From assembly GCA_036564015.1 (NCBI GenBank), contig DATCLG010000105.1, positions 1 to 58,103 of the forward strand: a DNA stretch of 58,103 bases. Direction: 5' to 3'. Position numbers and translations under genes: made by a program. Under the pieces are notes generated by a model that ran no database searches, was not told the origin of the DNA, and saw only the letters and a program-made list of their open reading frames with translations. Source of the stretch: Longimicrobiales bacterium (lineage in GTDB: Bacteria; Gemmatimonadota; Gemmatimonadetes; Longimicrobiales; RSA9). Shown piece after piece: positions 17,494 through 27,906 of this stretch; position 1 is the stretch's first letter; each line of letters opens with the position of its first letter.

Positions 17494-20223
17494 TCAGCGC
17501 CTCGCATCCACCATTCCACGCAGCAGCTCTCGCAGCTCTGACCAGCGCTCCCCGAAACCCGCGAAGTCCCCGCTCCGCAACCGCTGGTCCGCCTCCTCGA
17601 GCAACCGGAGCGCCGCCTCAGGCCACTCGCCTGGCGTCGGCACCGCCCGCACCCCCATCTCCGACCCCACGACCGGCCCACCGACCGCTACCGGCGCACG
17701 TAGCGCCTCGATCGCCTCCCCCAGCGCCGACGCCATCGCTACCGTCCGGCCGTCGCTCACCGCCACCCGCCGCAGCTCCGGGATCGGACTCCCCTTCACA
17801 TGCGCTGAGAGAAAGAGCGGCTCGACGTACAGCAGCTCGCTCTCCAGCGGGATCACCCGCAGGCTCCCCAGCTCCACGTTGCTCCCCGACTGCCGCCACA
17901 GCGAGAGCTGCGGGGAAATCACCGGGTCCTGCTCGATCAGCGTCTGGACCTGGTTCGGCCCGGGAACCAGCTGGTCGCGCGGCAGCTCCAGAAGGATCAG
18001 CTCCCCGTAGTGCGGTGGGTCGTTCCGCGCGACCAGCAACGCCGTCATGTTCTGCCGCTCCCGCGCAATGAACGGCATGAGCAGCAGGAACTCGACCTTC
18101 TTCTCCCCGGGCAGCGGCATGAGCGCGTACATCGGCGAATACGACCGCGACGCCCCCTGCCGACCGCGCACCTCCGGGAACTGCCACACGTCCTGGCCCG
18201 CGTAGAACGCCTCCGGGCGCTCGAGATGGTACTCCTTGAGGACCTCCGCCTGGGCGGTCAGGTACAGCGCCGGGTAGCGAAGGTGCCGGTGCAGCTCGGG
18301 AGCAAGCTCCTCGATCGGTCGGACCAGGTCCCGGAAGACCCGCCGGTACGTCTCCAGCACCGGGTCGGAGCTGTCCACGGCGTAAAGCGTGACCGCGCCC
18401 GTGACCGCGTCGACCGCAGCCTTTACGCTGTTCCGGAGGTAGCGCAGCCGCACCTCCTCCACATCGATCGCGCGGGCGAGGGGAAAACTGGCCGAGGTCG
18501 TGTACCCGTCCACGATCCAGACGACCCGGCCACGGTGGATGACGGGATACGGGTCCGGATCCCAGAGGATGAACGGCGCCAGCGCCGCGAGCCGCTCCGC
18601 GAGCGAGCGCCGAAAAATCAGGTAGCTATCGCCGCTGATGTCCCCGGAGAGGAGCAGGTTCTTGTCGCCGAAGCGCCAGGCGAAGCTGAGGCGGCGAAGG
18701 AAAGAGCTCAGGCGGATCCCTGCGGGCAGATCCTGTCCGGGCGTCCCCGCAAAGGCCGTGTCCCGCGCTGGAATCAGCACCACGTAGCCCCGCATCGTCT
18801 CGCCGAAGTAGATGCGGGGCTCGGTCAGCTCGAGCTCGGCCGGCGAGACGGGGTCGCGCCGCACGGGATTCAGGTTCTCGACCCAGAGGTCGGGCTCGCC
18901 CTGCGCCGTGATCTGCGCCACCGGCGTGACCACCGCGCCCATGCCGCGGATGTAGGTGGGATTGAGGTGGAGCGACTGCCAGCGACGGGCGGTCTCGGGA
19001 AGGCCCTCGGGCTTGAACTCCCGGACGGCGATGGCGACCTGCACCGGGTCGGACGGGGGGCCGTAGCGGTCGTAGTCCACGTCCGGGAAGTGGTAATAGC
19101 CCTGGAGCGCCTGGAGCTGGTTGTAGACGGTGTCGAGGGGCGCGAGGTCCCAGAGCGGCAGCTTGGCGAGGAGCGGGGCCAGCTCGCGCCAGGGCGGGAT
19201 CCCTGTTCGCCGGAAGGTGAACGCTCGCCGTTCCATGCGATCGAGCCCGTACGCGCGCCGGGTGAACTCCAGGTTCCAGCGGATGTAGGGCGCCTCCCGG
19301 GCGAACTGGTTGGGCTCGACCCGTAGCTTCTGCACCAGGCCGGGGTAGAGGTAGCCCGCCCCCACCGCCCCCAGCACCAGCGCCCCGAGGGTGAGGAAGG
19401 CCGGGACCCAGGCCCGCCGCCAGGCTCCGTAGAGCAATGCCCCTGTGGCGACGAGGCAGAGCAACGCCATCGCGCGGCGGGCCGGCAGCCGGGCCTGGAC
19501 GTCGGTGTACCCCAGCGCGCCTCCCACCCCGTTCCCATCGAGCAGCAGGCCATAGCAGCCCAGGCAGTAACGTACGCCCACGAGCAGGACCACCACGGCC
19601 AGGAGCACGACGAAATGGAGGTGCGCCGCGTCGCTCACCTCCAGCCGGCCCTGGCGCCAGCGAACGGCGCCGACGACCACGTACCCCAGCACGACGATGA
19701 CGATGCTCCAGAGGAGCAGGAGCAGGAAGTAGTCGGCCAGCCCGTTGTAGACCGGGAGCGAGAAGACGTAGAACGAGAGATCGAGATCGAAGAGGGGATC
19801 CTGCAGGCCCCAGGGGACCTGCCCCAGCCAGGCCAGCACCTCGATCGGGAAGTCCGCCCCGAGTCCGATCCCCGACAGCCACCACCCCGACAGGACCGCC
19901 GCGATCGCCATCCCGGCCGTGATGTAGGCCGCCGGGATCTGCTCCGAGATCTCCAGGTTGCCGTACCGGCGACGCAGCCGCACCGGGCCGATCTGACGGC
20001 CAACGATCCAGAGATTGAGAAAGACGACGCCGGCGGCCACTCCGCCGGCGATCAGACGCACCACCAACCCCGTGCCGACCTGGCGCCAGAAGACCGACGA
20101 GTACCCCAGGCTGCTGAACCAGAGCGCGTCCGTGTACAGCCCCGCCGCCGCCCGACCGGCGACGAACAGCCCCACGAGGGCAGCCCCGACGAGCAGGCTA
20201 AGTCGGCCAGGCCGCCGCAGCAT
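17494..20223 (-). CDS. UPF0182-family large membrane protein (function unknown)
   Basis: 909 aa. The N-terminal multi-TM region has LYTDALWFSSLGYSSVFW, followed by a large extracytoplasmic domain. This pattern is typical of UPF0182 (COG1615-like) proteins. Confidence 0.75.
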   Translation of the reverse strand: MLRRPGRLSLLVGAALVGLFVAGRAAAGLYTDALWFSSLGYSSVFWRQVGTGLVVRLIAGGVAAGVVFLNLWIVGRQIGPVRLRRRYGNLEISEQIPAAYITAGMAIAAVLSGWWLSGIGLGADFPIEVLAWLGQVPWGLQDPLFDLDLSFYVFSLPVYNGLADYFLLLLLWSIVIVVLGYVVVGAVRWRQGRLEVSDAAHLHFVVLLAVVVLLVGVRYCLGCYGLLLDGNGVGGALGYTDVQARLPARRAMALLCLVATGALLYGAWRRAWVPAFLTLGALVLGAVGAGYLYPGLVQKLRVEPNQFAREAPYIRWNLEFTRRAYGLDRMERRAFTFRRTGIPPWRELAPLLAKLPLWDLAPLDTVYNQLQALQGYYHFPDVDYDRYGPPSDPVQVAIAVREFKPEGLPETARRWQSLHLNPTYIRGMGAVVTPVAQITAQGEPDLWVENLNPVRRDPVSPAELELTEPRIYFGETMRGYVVLIPARDTAFAGTPGQDLPAGIRLSSFLRRLSFAWRFGDKNLLLSGDISGDSYLIFRRSLAERLAALAPFILWDPDPYPVIHRGRVVWIVDGYTTSASFPLARAIDVEEVRLRYLRNSVKAAVDAVTGAVTLYAVDSSDPVLETYRRVFRDLVRPIEELAPELHRHLRYPALYLTAQAEVLKEYHLERPEAFYAGQDVWQFPEVRGRQGASRSYSPMYALMPLPGEKKVEFLLLMPFIARERQNMTALLVARNDPPHYGELILLELPRDQLVPGPNQVQTLIEQDPVISPQLSLWRQSGSNVELGSLRVIPLESELLYVEPLFLSAHVKGSPIPELRRVAVSDGRTVAMASALGEAIEALRAPVAVGGPVVGSEMGVRAVPTPGEWPEAALRLLEEADQRLRSGDFAGFGERWSELRELLRGMVDARR

Positions 20224-20224
20224 C

Positions 20225-21598
20225 TTACACGCGCACCCCTTGCTCTCGCAGCCAGTCCTCCATGAGGCGTCGGATCTCGTCCAGCCGCTCCCGCGTCCGG
20301 GCCTCGAACCGCAAGACCAGCACCGGCTGCGTGTTCGATGCCCTCAGCAGCCCCCAGCCATCCCCGAACTGTACGCGCGCACCATCCACCGCGATCACGT
20401 CGTACTGCCGCCCGAACTCCTCCACCGCCCGCCGCACGATCTCGAACTTCTGCTCCTCGGGGACATCCACCCGGATCTCGGGCGTCGAGACGTACGCCGG
20501 GAACTCCGCAACGAGCTCGGAGAGCGGCTTCTCCGCCCGCGCCACCAGGTCCACCAGCCGGCAGGCCGCGTAGAGCGCATCGTCGAACCCGTAGTACTCG
20601 TCCGCGAAACAGACGTGGCCCGACAGCTCGCCCGCGACCGGCGCCCCGACCTCCTTCATCTTCTCCTTCATGAGCGAGTGGCCGGTCTTCCACATGATCG
20701 GCTCCCCGCCCCGCGCCGCGAAGACCTCCGGCACCGCCTGCGAGCACTTCACGTCGAATACCAGCTTCTGGCCCGGGCCTCGCCGCTCTAGCACGTCCAG
20801 CCCGTAGAGCAGCAGGAGCAGGTCGCCGCGGACGATGCCGCCACGCTCGTCCACCGCGCCGATCCGGTCCGCGTCCCCGTCGAACGCCACGCCCAGGTCC
20901 GCCTCCTCCTCCCGCACCCGCGCGATCAAGTCCCGCAGGTTCTCATCGATCACCGGGTCCGGGTGGTGGTTCGGGAAGGTGCCGTCCGACTCGCAATAGA
21001 GCGGCACGACCTCCGCCCCGATCCGCGTCAACAGCTCGACCGCCACCAGGCTGCCCGTCCCGTTCCCGCAGTCCACCACGACCTTCACGGGCCGGGAGAG
21101 GGCGAAACGGCTCGCCACATCCTCGATGTAGAGACCGTAGACCTCCCTGCCCTCCCGCGTCCCCGCGCCGGACTCGAACTCCTCCCGCTCGATTCGCGCC
21201 CGCAGCCTCTGGATCGCCTCCCCGTGCAGCGCCCGGTCGCCCACCAGGAGCTTGAAGCCATTGTACTCCGGCGGATTGTGCGAACCCGTGATCTGGACGC
21301 CCCCGTCCGTCGCGAACCGACGGGCAGACCAGTAGAGCACCGGCGTCGGGACCGTCCCCACATCGATCACGTTCACGCCAGCCGCCCGGATTCCGCGCAT
21401 CACGCCCTCGGCCAGCGCCGGCGAGCTCGGCCGGTTGTCCCTCCCGACGGCCACCGTGAGCCCCGCTGCTCCGCCCCGTCGGCTCCGGAGTTCGCTCGCG
21501 AACGCGCGCCCGATCAGCTCAGGGACATCGCCGCCGAGATCCCGCTCGACCACCCCCCGGATGTCGTACTCGCGGAATATGTGCGGACTCACCTGCAT
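20225..21598 (-). CDS. Phosphomannomutase / phosphoglucomutase
   Basis: IFREYDIRG, TGSHNPPEYNG (phospho-Ser), FDGDADRIG (Mg site), GELSGH. The ATG at 21598 is preceded by a purine-rich GGGAGAGGGGGAAGAG. Confidence 0.9.
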   Translation of the reverse strand: MQVSPHIFREYDIRGVVERDLGGDVPELIGRAFASELRSRRGGAAGLTVAVGRDNRPSSPALAEGVMRGIRAAGVNVIDVGTVPTPVLYWSARRFATDGGVQITGSHNPPEYNGFKLLVGDRALHGEAIQRLRARIEREEFESGAGTREGREVYGLYIEDVASRFALSRPVKVVVDCGNGTGSLVAVELLTRIGAEVVPLYCESDGTFPNHHPDPVIDENLRDLIARVREEEADLGVAFDGDADRIGAVDERGGIVRGDLLLLLYGLDVLERRGPGQKLVFDVKCSQAVPEVFAARGGEPIMWKTGHSLMKEKMKEVGAPVAGELSGHVCFADEYYGFDDALYAACRLVDLVARAEKPLSELVAEFPAYVSTPEIRVDVPEEQKFEIVRRAVEEFGRQYDVIAVDGARVQFGDGWGLLRASNTQPVLVLRFEARTRERLDEIRRLMEDWLREQGVRV

Positions 21599-21649
21599 GA
21601 GACGCTCTTCCCCCTCTCCCATCTCGTTGACGCTCAAGCGCGTTCCGAA

Positions 21650-21678
21650 AGTATGCCCCCCGGTTTCGGGGCCGTCAA
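21650..21678 (-). promoter_or_regulatory. Sigma-70-like promoter TTGACG-17-CATACT upstream of the phosphomannomutase gene
   Basis: Minus strand reads TTGACG (21678..21673), a 17-nt spacer, then CATACT (21655..21650), about 50 nt upstream of the ATG at 21598. Confidence 0.4.
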
Positions 21679-21905
21679 GCGACGACCGCCAACCCGCCAG
21701 CCCGGCTCCCCGGCCCCGGCGTCGCGCTCGACCCCGTCGCCCTGGCGAACCCGGGCCTTCCCGAAAAAACGCTCGACGGGCATGATCCTCAACGCCCGCC
21801 GAGCCACGAGCCGTTCTCGCGTCCAGCGCGGCGGCCTTTCCCATCCGTGGCCTCAGGACCGCACCGGCCCTTTCGCGCCACGGGTTGGCCGCTCGCGCTC
21901 TCGAC

Positions 21906-23426
21906 CTACCGCCCGGTCATCCCCGCGAACGCCCCCGGGACCTGCGCCAGCGCCGCCGCGCTCCGCTCCGCCAGCTCGAGGAGCTGGCCCGGGAAGATCC
22001 CCAGCAGCACGATCGCGACCGCGGCCGCGACCAGAGCGAGCCGCATCGGGCCTGACACCACGATCCCACCATCGCCCGCCCCGGCCGAAGCCGGCGCCTC
22101 CCGGAACCACATGTACCACGCCACCCGCAGGTAGTACCAGTACGACACCAGCGAGCTCAGCACCAGCACGACCGCCAGCGGCACCAGCCCCTTCTCGATC
22201 GCCGCCCGCAGAATGTAGATCTTGCCAATGAACCCGCCGGTGAACGGGAAGCCCGCGAGCGACAGCAGGAAGATCGTCATGACCACGCCCAGGAGCGGAC
22301 GCTGCCACCCCAGGCCGCTGTACGCGTCCAGATCCAGCCGCTGCTCCCCCTGCCGCCCCACCAGCAGCACCACCGCGAACGCGCCCAGCGTCATCAGCGT
22401 GTAGACCACCAGGTAGAAGAGGAACGACGCCGCCCCGACCGTGCTGGCCGCGGCCAGCGCCACCAGCAGATAGCCCGCGTGCGCGATGCTGGAGTAGGCC
22501 AGCATCCGCTTCACGTTCCCCTGCACGACCGCGATCACGTTCGCCGCCACCATCGTGATGACCGCCAGCCAGAACACGATCGCGCCCCACGTGTCGTGCA
22601 GCCCGGGGAACGCCGTCAGGAAGACTCGCAGGAACGCCGCAAAGGCCGCCGCCTTCACCCCCGCAGCCATGAACCCGGTGATCGGCGCCGGCGCCCCGTC
22701 GTACGCGTCCGGCGTCCACATGTGGAACGGCACGGCCGCCACCTTGAACCCGAACCCCACGGCCAGCAGCGACATCCCCACCAGCACCAGCGCATTCGCG
22801 CCCAGACCCTCCGCACCCACCGCCTCCGCCAGGAGCGCGAGGTTCACCGTCCCGCTACCGCCGTACACCAGCGCGATCCCGAAAAGGAAGAACGCGCTCG
22901 AGAACGACCCCAGCAGGAAATACTTCAGCGCCGCCTCCGCCGAGCGCCGGTCCCGGCGGTTCACCCCCGTCAACACGTAGATCGCCACCGACATGAGCTC
23001 CAGGCCCAGGAAGATGACGATCAGGTCCCGCGACCCGGCGAAGACCATCATCCCCACCGTCGCGAGCAGCACCAGCACGTACAGCTCGCCCAGCCGCAGG
23101 TGCTCCTCCTCCAGGTACCGCGTAGAGATCAGCACGAACAACCCCGCCGCCAGGAGGAAGAGATAGTTCGAGAAGATCCGGAACCCGTCGATAGCGATCA
23201 TCCCCGCGGGCGACGCTTCCCGCAGCCCGAGCAGCCACCCGTTCGCCACCGCCGCCAGCCCGATCGACGCCAGCGTCAGCCAGGTGATCACAGGCCGCGA
23301 CGGCTCGCTGCGATCCCCCTTCTGGAAGACATCCACCAGAAGGATCGCCATCGCGCAGACGCTCAGCACGGCCTCCGGGAGCAACGCCCAGAGGTAATGC
23401 AACGGATTCGAGTAATCGATTGCCAT
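21906..23426 (-). CDS. nuoN: NADH-quinone oxidoreductase subunit N
   Basis: 506-aa polytopic antiporter-like subunit and the last gene of the nuo row. Confidence 0.9.
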   Translation of the reverse strand: MAIDYSNPLHYLWALLPEAVLSVCAMAILLVDVFQKGDRSEPSRPVITWLTLASIGLAAVANGWLLGLREASPAGMIAIDGFRIFSNYLFLLAAGLFVLISTRYLEEEHLRLGELYVLVLLATVGMMVFAGSRDLIVIFLGLELMSVAIYVLTGVNRRDRRSAEAALKYFLLGSFSSAFFLFGIALVYGGSGTVNLALLAEAVGAEGLGANALVLVGMSLLAVGFGFKVAAVPFHMWTPDAYDGAPAPITGFMAAGVKAAAFAAFLRVFLTAFPGLHDTWGAIVFWLAVITMVAANVIAVVQGNVKRMLAYSSIAHAGYLLVALAAASTVGAASFLFYLVVYTLMTLGAFAVVLLVGRQGEQRLDLDAYSGLGWQRPLLGVVMTIFLLSLAGFPFTGGFIGKIYILRAAIEKGLVPLAVVLVLSSLVSYWYYLRVAWYMWFREAPASAGAGDGGIVVSGPMRLALVAAAVAIVLLGIFPGQLLELAERSAAALAQVPGAFAGMTGR

Positions 23427-23454
23427 CTCGGTCGTCGTCCTCGCGTCCCACCGG

Positions 23455-25035
23455 TCAGTCGCCCGCCGCCGCCCCGCCCCGCCGGTCGATCCCCAGCAGC
23501 TCCAGAATCGGCGGCGCGGCCGTGATCCTCTTCTGCTCCACCGTCGTCAGCAGATCCTGGATCGTGACCTCCATCCGCTCCAGGAACGGCTTCGGGTAAA
23601 CCCCGAGCCAGAGCATCCCCACGATCAGCGGGACCAGCACCACCGCCTCCCGCCGACTCAGGTCCGGCAGGTTCTCGTTCTCCCGCTTGTCCAGCGGGTT
23701 GAACCAGATCCGCTGCACCATGGGAAGCATGTAGTACGCAGCGAAGATCACCCCGGTCGCGCCGAGCAACGCCACCCACGGGTGCGTCTGGAACGTCCCG
23801 AGCAGCGCCAGGAACTCACCCACGAACCCGCTAGTGCCCGGGAGCCCGATGCTCGCCAGCGCCGTGAAGATGAAGCACGCCGCGAAGACCGGCATCACCG
23901 AGCCAAGGCCCCCGAAGTCCGCGATCTGCCGCGTGTGCCGCCGCTCGTACAGCATCCCGAGGAGCAAGAACATCGCCCCGGTCGAGAGCCCGTGCGACAG
24001 CATGATGATCATCGCCCCCTGCACCCCCTGCACCGTCAGGGCGAAGATCCCCAGCACCACGAACCCCATGTGGGCCACCGACGTGTACGCGATCAGCTTC
24101 TTCGCGTCCGGCTGCACCGCCGCCACCCACGCCGCGTAGATGATCCCCATCAGCCCGAACACCAGCAGGATCGCCACGATCCCCGGGTGCGTCGCCGCCT
24201 GCGGAAAGAGCGGGAGCAGGAAGCGCAGGAAACCGTACCCGCCCAGCTTCAACAGGATCGCCGCCAGGATCACCGACCCGGGCGTCGGAGCCTCCACGTG
24301 CGCGTCAGGCAGCCACGTGTGGAACGGGAAGACCGGCACCTTGATCGCGAACGCCAGCGCGAACGCCAGGAACAGCCAGAACTGCTCCCGGAACGTCAGC
24401 GGGACCTGGAGCAGGTCGAGGTACGCGAACGAGGCCTCCCCCGTCAGCGCCCGGTACTTGAAGAAGAGGTACAGGATCGCCACCAGCATGAGCAGCGACC
24501 CGAACGCCGTGTACAGGAAGAACTTGATCGCGGCGTAGATCCTCCGCTCCCCGCCCCAGATGCCGATGATGAAGTACATCGGCACCAGCATGATCTCCCA
24601 GAAGACGAAGAAGAGGAAGAGGTCCAGCGCCACGAAAGCGCCGACCACCCCCGTCTCCAGGAGCAGCATCATCGCATAGAACGCCTTCTCGCGCGTCCGG
24701 ATGTAGTTGTACGAACCCAGGATCGCGATAGGCGTGATCAGCGCCGTCAGCAGGACCAGGAAGAGGCTGATCCCATCGACCCCGATCCGGTAGAAGATCC
24801 CCCACTGAGGAATCCAGCTCGCGACGCTCGCCAGCTGGAACGCCGGGCTCGCCGGGTTGAAGGCGAACCAGAGCGGGATCGAAACCACGAACTCTACGAC
24901 CGCGAGCCCGAGCGCGAGGCGCTTCGCCCGCGCTTCCGGGGCGGCCAGCACCACGGCCATCCCCACCAGCGGGAACCAGAGCAGGAAGTGGAGCGCCCAG
25001 GCCGAGTAGTTGATCGTATCCAGGAAACCAGCCAT
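23455..25035 (-). CDS. nuoM: NADH-quinone oxidoreductase subunit M
   Basis: Antiporter-like subunit (HTWLPDAHVEAPTPGSV). The ATG at 25035 lies 6 nt after the nuoL stop, and the longer track ORF would overlap nuoL. Confidence 0.92.
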   Translation of the reverse strand: MAGFLDTINYSAWALHFLLWFPLVGMAVVLAAPEARAKRLALGLAVVEFVVSIPLWFAFNPASPAFQLASVASWIPQWGIFYRIGVDGISLFLVLLTALITPIAILGSYNYIRTREKAFYAMMLLLETGVVGAFVALDLFLFFVFWEIMLVPMYFIIGIWGGERRIYAAIKFFLYTAFGSLLMLVAILYLFFKYRALTGEASFAYLDLLQVPLTFREQFWLFLAFALAFAIKVPVFPFHTWLPDAHVEAPTPGSVILAAILLKLGGYGFLRFLLPLFPQAATHPGIVAILLVFGLMGIIYAAWVAAVQPDAKKLIAYTSVAHMGFVVLGIFALTVQGVQGAMIIMLSHGLSTGAMFLLLGMLYERRHTRQIADFGGLGSVMPVFAACFIFTALASIGLPGTSGFVGEFLALLGTFQTHPWVALLGATGVIFAAYYMLPMVQRIWFNPLDKRENENLPDLSRREAVVLVPLIVGMLWLGVYPKPFLERMEVTIQDLLTTVEQKRITAAPPILELLGIDRRGGAAAGD

Positions 25036-25040
25036 CGGAA

Positions 25041-27083
25041 TCAGAGCGTCACGAAAGCCAGGAGGATCAGAACGCCAAGCACCACGGCAAACGCGTACGT
25101 GTTGATCTGGCCGGTCTGGAACCGCGAGCCGACCCAGCCCAGGCCACGCGACAGGTGAGCCGCTCCGTTGACCGCGCCGTCGATGATCCGCTGGTCGACG
25201 ACCCGCCACAGCGCCCGGGATGCCGCCAGCAGCGGACGGACGACCACCCGGTCGTAGAGCTCATCCACGTACCACTTGTTGTAGAGGATCTTCTTGAGCC
25301 CCGTGGGTGCGGGCGCCTCCACCGCCGGGCTGTACTTCCAGCCGAGCACGAGGAACGACCCGACCGCGATCGTCGCGCCGGCCAGGAGGAGGGAGATCAC
25401 CGCCCAGGCGCCCTCCCCTCCGCCCAGGGGCGCCGCCTCGTTCAGGGCGCCCACGCCGGCGGCCTCGAAAATCGCGTCCGCCTGCGCCGTGACCGGGTGC
25501 AGCCACTCGTGCAGCCATTCCGAGGAAGGCAGCCAGCCGAACACGGGAAGTTCTGCGATCGCGTGCGGCACATTGACCCACCCGCCGATGACGGAGAGCA
25601 CGGCCAGCACGACCAGCGGAACCCACATCACCGCCGGCACCTCACGCAGGTGCTTCCGCTCCGCCTCGCCCGTCCGGTTCGGGCCGTGGAAGGTCAGGAT
25701 CATCATCCGCGTCATGTAGAACGCGGTGAAAACCGCCGCCACGAGCGCCATGACCCAGAAGACCCGGAACCAGGGCCCGAACGGACCCACCGCCCGCGCC
25801 GCCACCTGCCAGATGATCTCATCCTTCGAGAAAAAGCCCGCGAACGGCCAGACCCCCGCGATCGCCAGCGTCCCCACCCACATCACCACCCACGTGATCG
25901 GCAGGAACTTCCGCAGACCGCCCATGTTCCGCATGTCCTGCGGGTCCCAGTCGCGGTGCGTGTGGTGGAAGGCCTCGTGCATCGCGTGGATCACCGCCCC
26001 CGAGCCCAGGAAGAGCAGCGCCTTGAAGAAGGCGTGCGTCATCAGGTGGAAGACCCCCGCCGCGTAGGCCCCCACGCCCACCGCCACGAACATGTACCCG
26101 AGCTGCGAGACCGTCGAGTAGGCCAGCACCTTCTTGATGTCGTACTGCGCCAGCCCGATCGTCGCCGCGAAGAGCGCCGTGAGCGCCCCCACCCCGGCCA
26201 CCACGATCATCGCCACGGGCGCCAGCGCGAACAACACGCTCGAGCGCGCCACCAGGTACACCCCCGCGGTGACCATCGTCGCCGCGTGGATCAGCGCGCT
26301 GACCGGCGTCGGGCCCGCCATCGCGTCCGGCAGCCACACGTACAGCGGGATCTGCGCACTCTTCCCCGTCGCCCCAAGGAAGAGGAAGAGCGCGATCGCC
26401 GTGACCACCGGGCTCCCGTACTCGAACGCCACCGGCGCCGCCTCGAACACACGCGTGAAGTCCAGCGACCCGAGGTTCGCGAAGATCAGGAACATCGCCA
26501 TGAGGAAGCCGAAGTCCCCGATCCGGTTGACGATGAACGCCTTCTTCCCGGCATCCGCCTTCTCCCGGTCGCGGAACCAGAACCCGATCAGCAGGTAGCT
26601 GCACAGCCCGACGCCTTCCCAACCCACGAACATGAGCGGGAAGTTCGCGCCGAGCACCAGCACCAGCATGAAGAAGACGAACAGGTTCAGGTACGCGAAG
26701 TACCGCGCGTACCCCGGGTCGGCGTGCATGTAGCCGATGCTGAAGATGTGGATCAGGAACCCGACGCCGGTGATGATCAGCGTCATCAGCATCGAGAGCT
26801 GATCGAGCTGGAACGCCGCCTCCAGTCTCAGGCTCCCGGCCGTGATCCAGGTGAAGTAGCGTTCGACGACGGGCTCGTGCAGCTCGGCGCCGAGCATCCC
26901 GAGGAAATTGATCAGGGCCAGGACGAAGGCGACGCCGACCACCCCGGGTCCCACCAGCGTCGGCACGATCTTGCGCTCAGGGGCCACGAGCGCGGTGACC
27001 CCGTTGATGGCGAACCCCAACAGCGGCAGGAGGGGAATCGCCCAGAGCAGCGTCGGATCGAAGGCCGCGTGTTCCACAGTCAC
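25041..27083 (-). CDS. nuoL: NADH-quinone oxidoreductase subunit L
   Basis: 680-aa antiporter-like subunit (LYVWLPDAMAGPTPVSALIHAATMV) with a long C-terminal extension. GTG start. Confidence 0.93.
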   Translation of the reverse strand: MTVEHAAFDPTLLWAIPLLPLLGFAINGVTALVAPERKIVPTLVGPGVVGVAFVLALINFLGMLGAELHEPVVERYFTWITAGSLRLEAAFQLDQLSMLMTLIITGVGFLIHIFSIGYMHADPGYARYFAYLNLFVFFMLVLVLGANFPLMFVGWEGVGLCSYLLIGFWFRDREKADAGKKAFIVNRIGDFGFLMAMFLIFANLGSLDFTRVFEAAPVAFEYGSPVVTAIALFLFLGATGKSAQIPLYVWLPDAMAGPTPVSALIHAATMVTAGVYLVARSSVLFALAPVAMIVVAGVGALTALFAATIGLAQYDIKKVLAYSTVSQLGYMFVAVGVGAYAAGVFHLMTHAFFKALLFLGSGAVIHAMHEAFHHTHRDWDPQDMRNMGGLRKFLPITWVVMWVGTLAIAGVWPFAGFFSKDEIIWQVAARAVGPFGPWFRVFWVMALVAAVFTAFYMTRMMILTFHGPNRTGEAERKHLREVPAVMWVPLVVLAVLSVIGGWVNVPHAIAELPVFGWLPSSEWLHEWLHPVTAQADAIFEAAGVGALNEAAPLGGGEGAWAVISLLLAGATIAVGSFLVLGWKYSPAVEAPAPTGLKKILYNKWYVDELYDRVVVRPLLAASRALWRVVDQRIIDGAVNGAAHLSRGLGWVGSRFQTGQINTYAFAVVLGVLILLAFVTL

Positions 27084-27084
27084 C

Positions 27085-27384
27085 CTACCACCGCAGCAGG
27101 TTGAAGTTCTTGATGTCCACGGTTTCCGAGTGGCGGAAGATCGAGATCACGATGGCGAGGCCCACCGCCGCCTCCGCCGCGGCCACCGTCATCACGAAGA
27201 AGACGAACACCTGCCCATCGATCCCCACCGAGCGCGACAGGGCGATGAACGCGAGGTTCGCGGCATTGAGCATGAGCTCGATGCACATGAACAGAATGAT
27301 CGCGTTCCGCCGGATCACCACGCCCAGCACGCCGATCGTGAAGAGGATCGCGGCCAGGAACAGAGAAAGCGTATCGATCGGCAC
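27085..27384 (-). CDS. nuoK: NADH-quinone oxidoreductase subunit K
   Basis: 99 aa with 3 TM helices ([13 protein letters not shown]). GTG start. Confidence 0.9.
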   Translation of the reverse strand: MPIDTLSLFLAAILFTIGVLGVVIRRNAIILFMCIELMLNAANLAFIALSRSVGIDGQVFVFFVMTVAAAEAAVGLAIVISIFRHSETVDIKNFNLLRW

Positions 27385-27387
27385 CGC

Positions 27388-27906
27388 CTACACCCTCCGC
27401 TTCGCCAGGAGTACCGCCCCGATCACGGCCACGAGCAGCAGGATCGAGGTCAGCTCGAAGGGAACGACGTACGTCCGGAACAGCGGCTCAGCGATCACGC
27501 CCACCGCGTTCAACCGCTCCGCCGAACGCTCGATCAGCTCCACCCCTCCCCGCTGCACCACCGCCCCTTCCTCCGTGAAGGCGCGCGTGAGGAAGTAGCC
27601 GACCACCCCGGCGCTCACGAACGCCGCCAGCAGCCACGCGCCGCCCCGCAGGTCCGGCCGGTAGTCGTGCCCCAGGTTGAGCAGCATCACCACGAACAGG
27701 AACAGCACCATGATCGCGCCGGCGTACACGATCACCTGCACCGCGCCAATGAAGTGCGCGCCCAGGAGCACGTAGATCGCCGCCACGCTGAAGAAGCTCA
27801 ACACCAGAAAGAGCAGGCTCGCGATCGGATTCTGGCGAGTCACCATCCCGATCGCACCCCCCACCGCCAGGGAGGCGAAGATCCACCAGAGAATCTGCTC
27901 AGTCAT
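27388..27906 (-). CDS. nuoJ: NADH-quinone oxidoreductase subunit J
   Basis: 172-aa membrane subunit (GAVQVIVYAGAIMVLFLFVVML). ATGA overlap with the nuoI stop. Confidence 0.9.
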   Translation of the reverse strand: MTEQILWWIFASLAVGGAIGMVTRQNPIASLLFLVLSFFSVAAIYVLLGAHFIGAVQVIVYAGAIMVLFLFVVMLLNLGHDYRPDLRGGAWLLAAFVSAGVVGYFLTRAFTEEGAVVQRGGVELIERSAERLNAVGVIAEPLFRTYVVPFELTSILLLVAVIGAVLLAKRRV

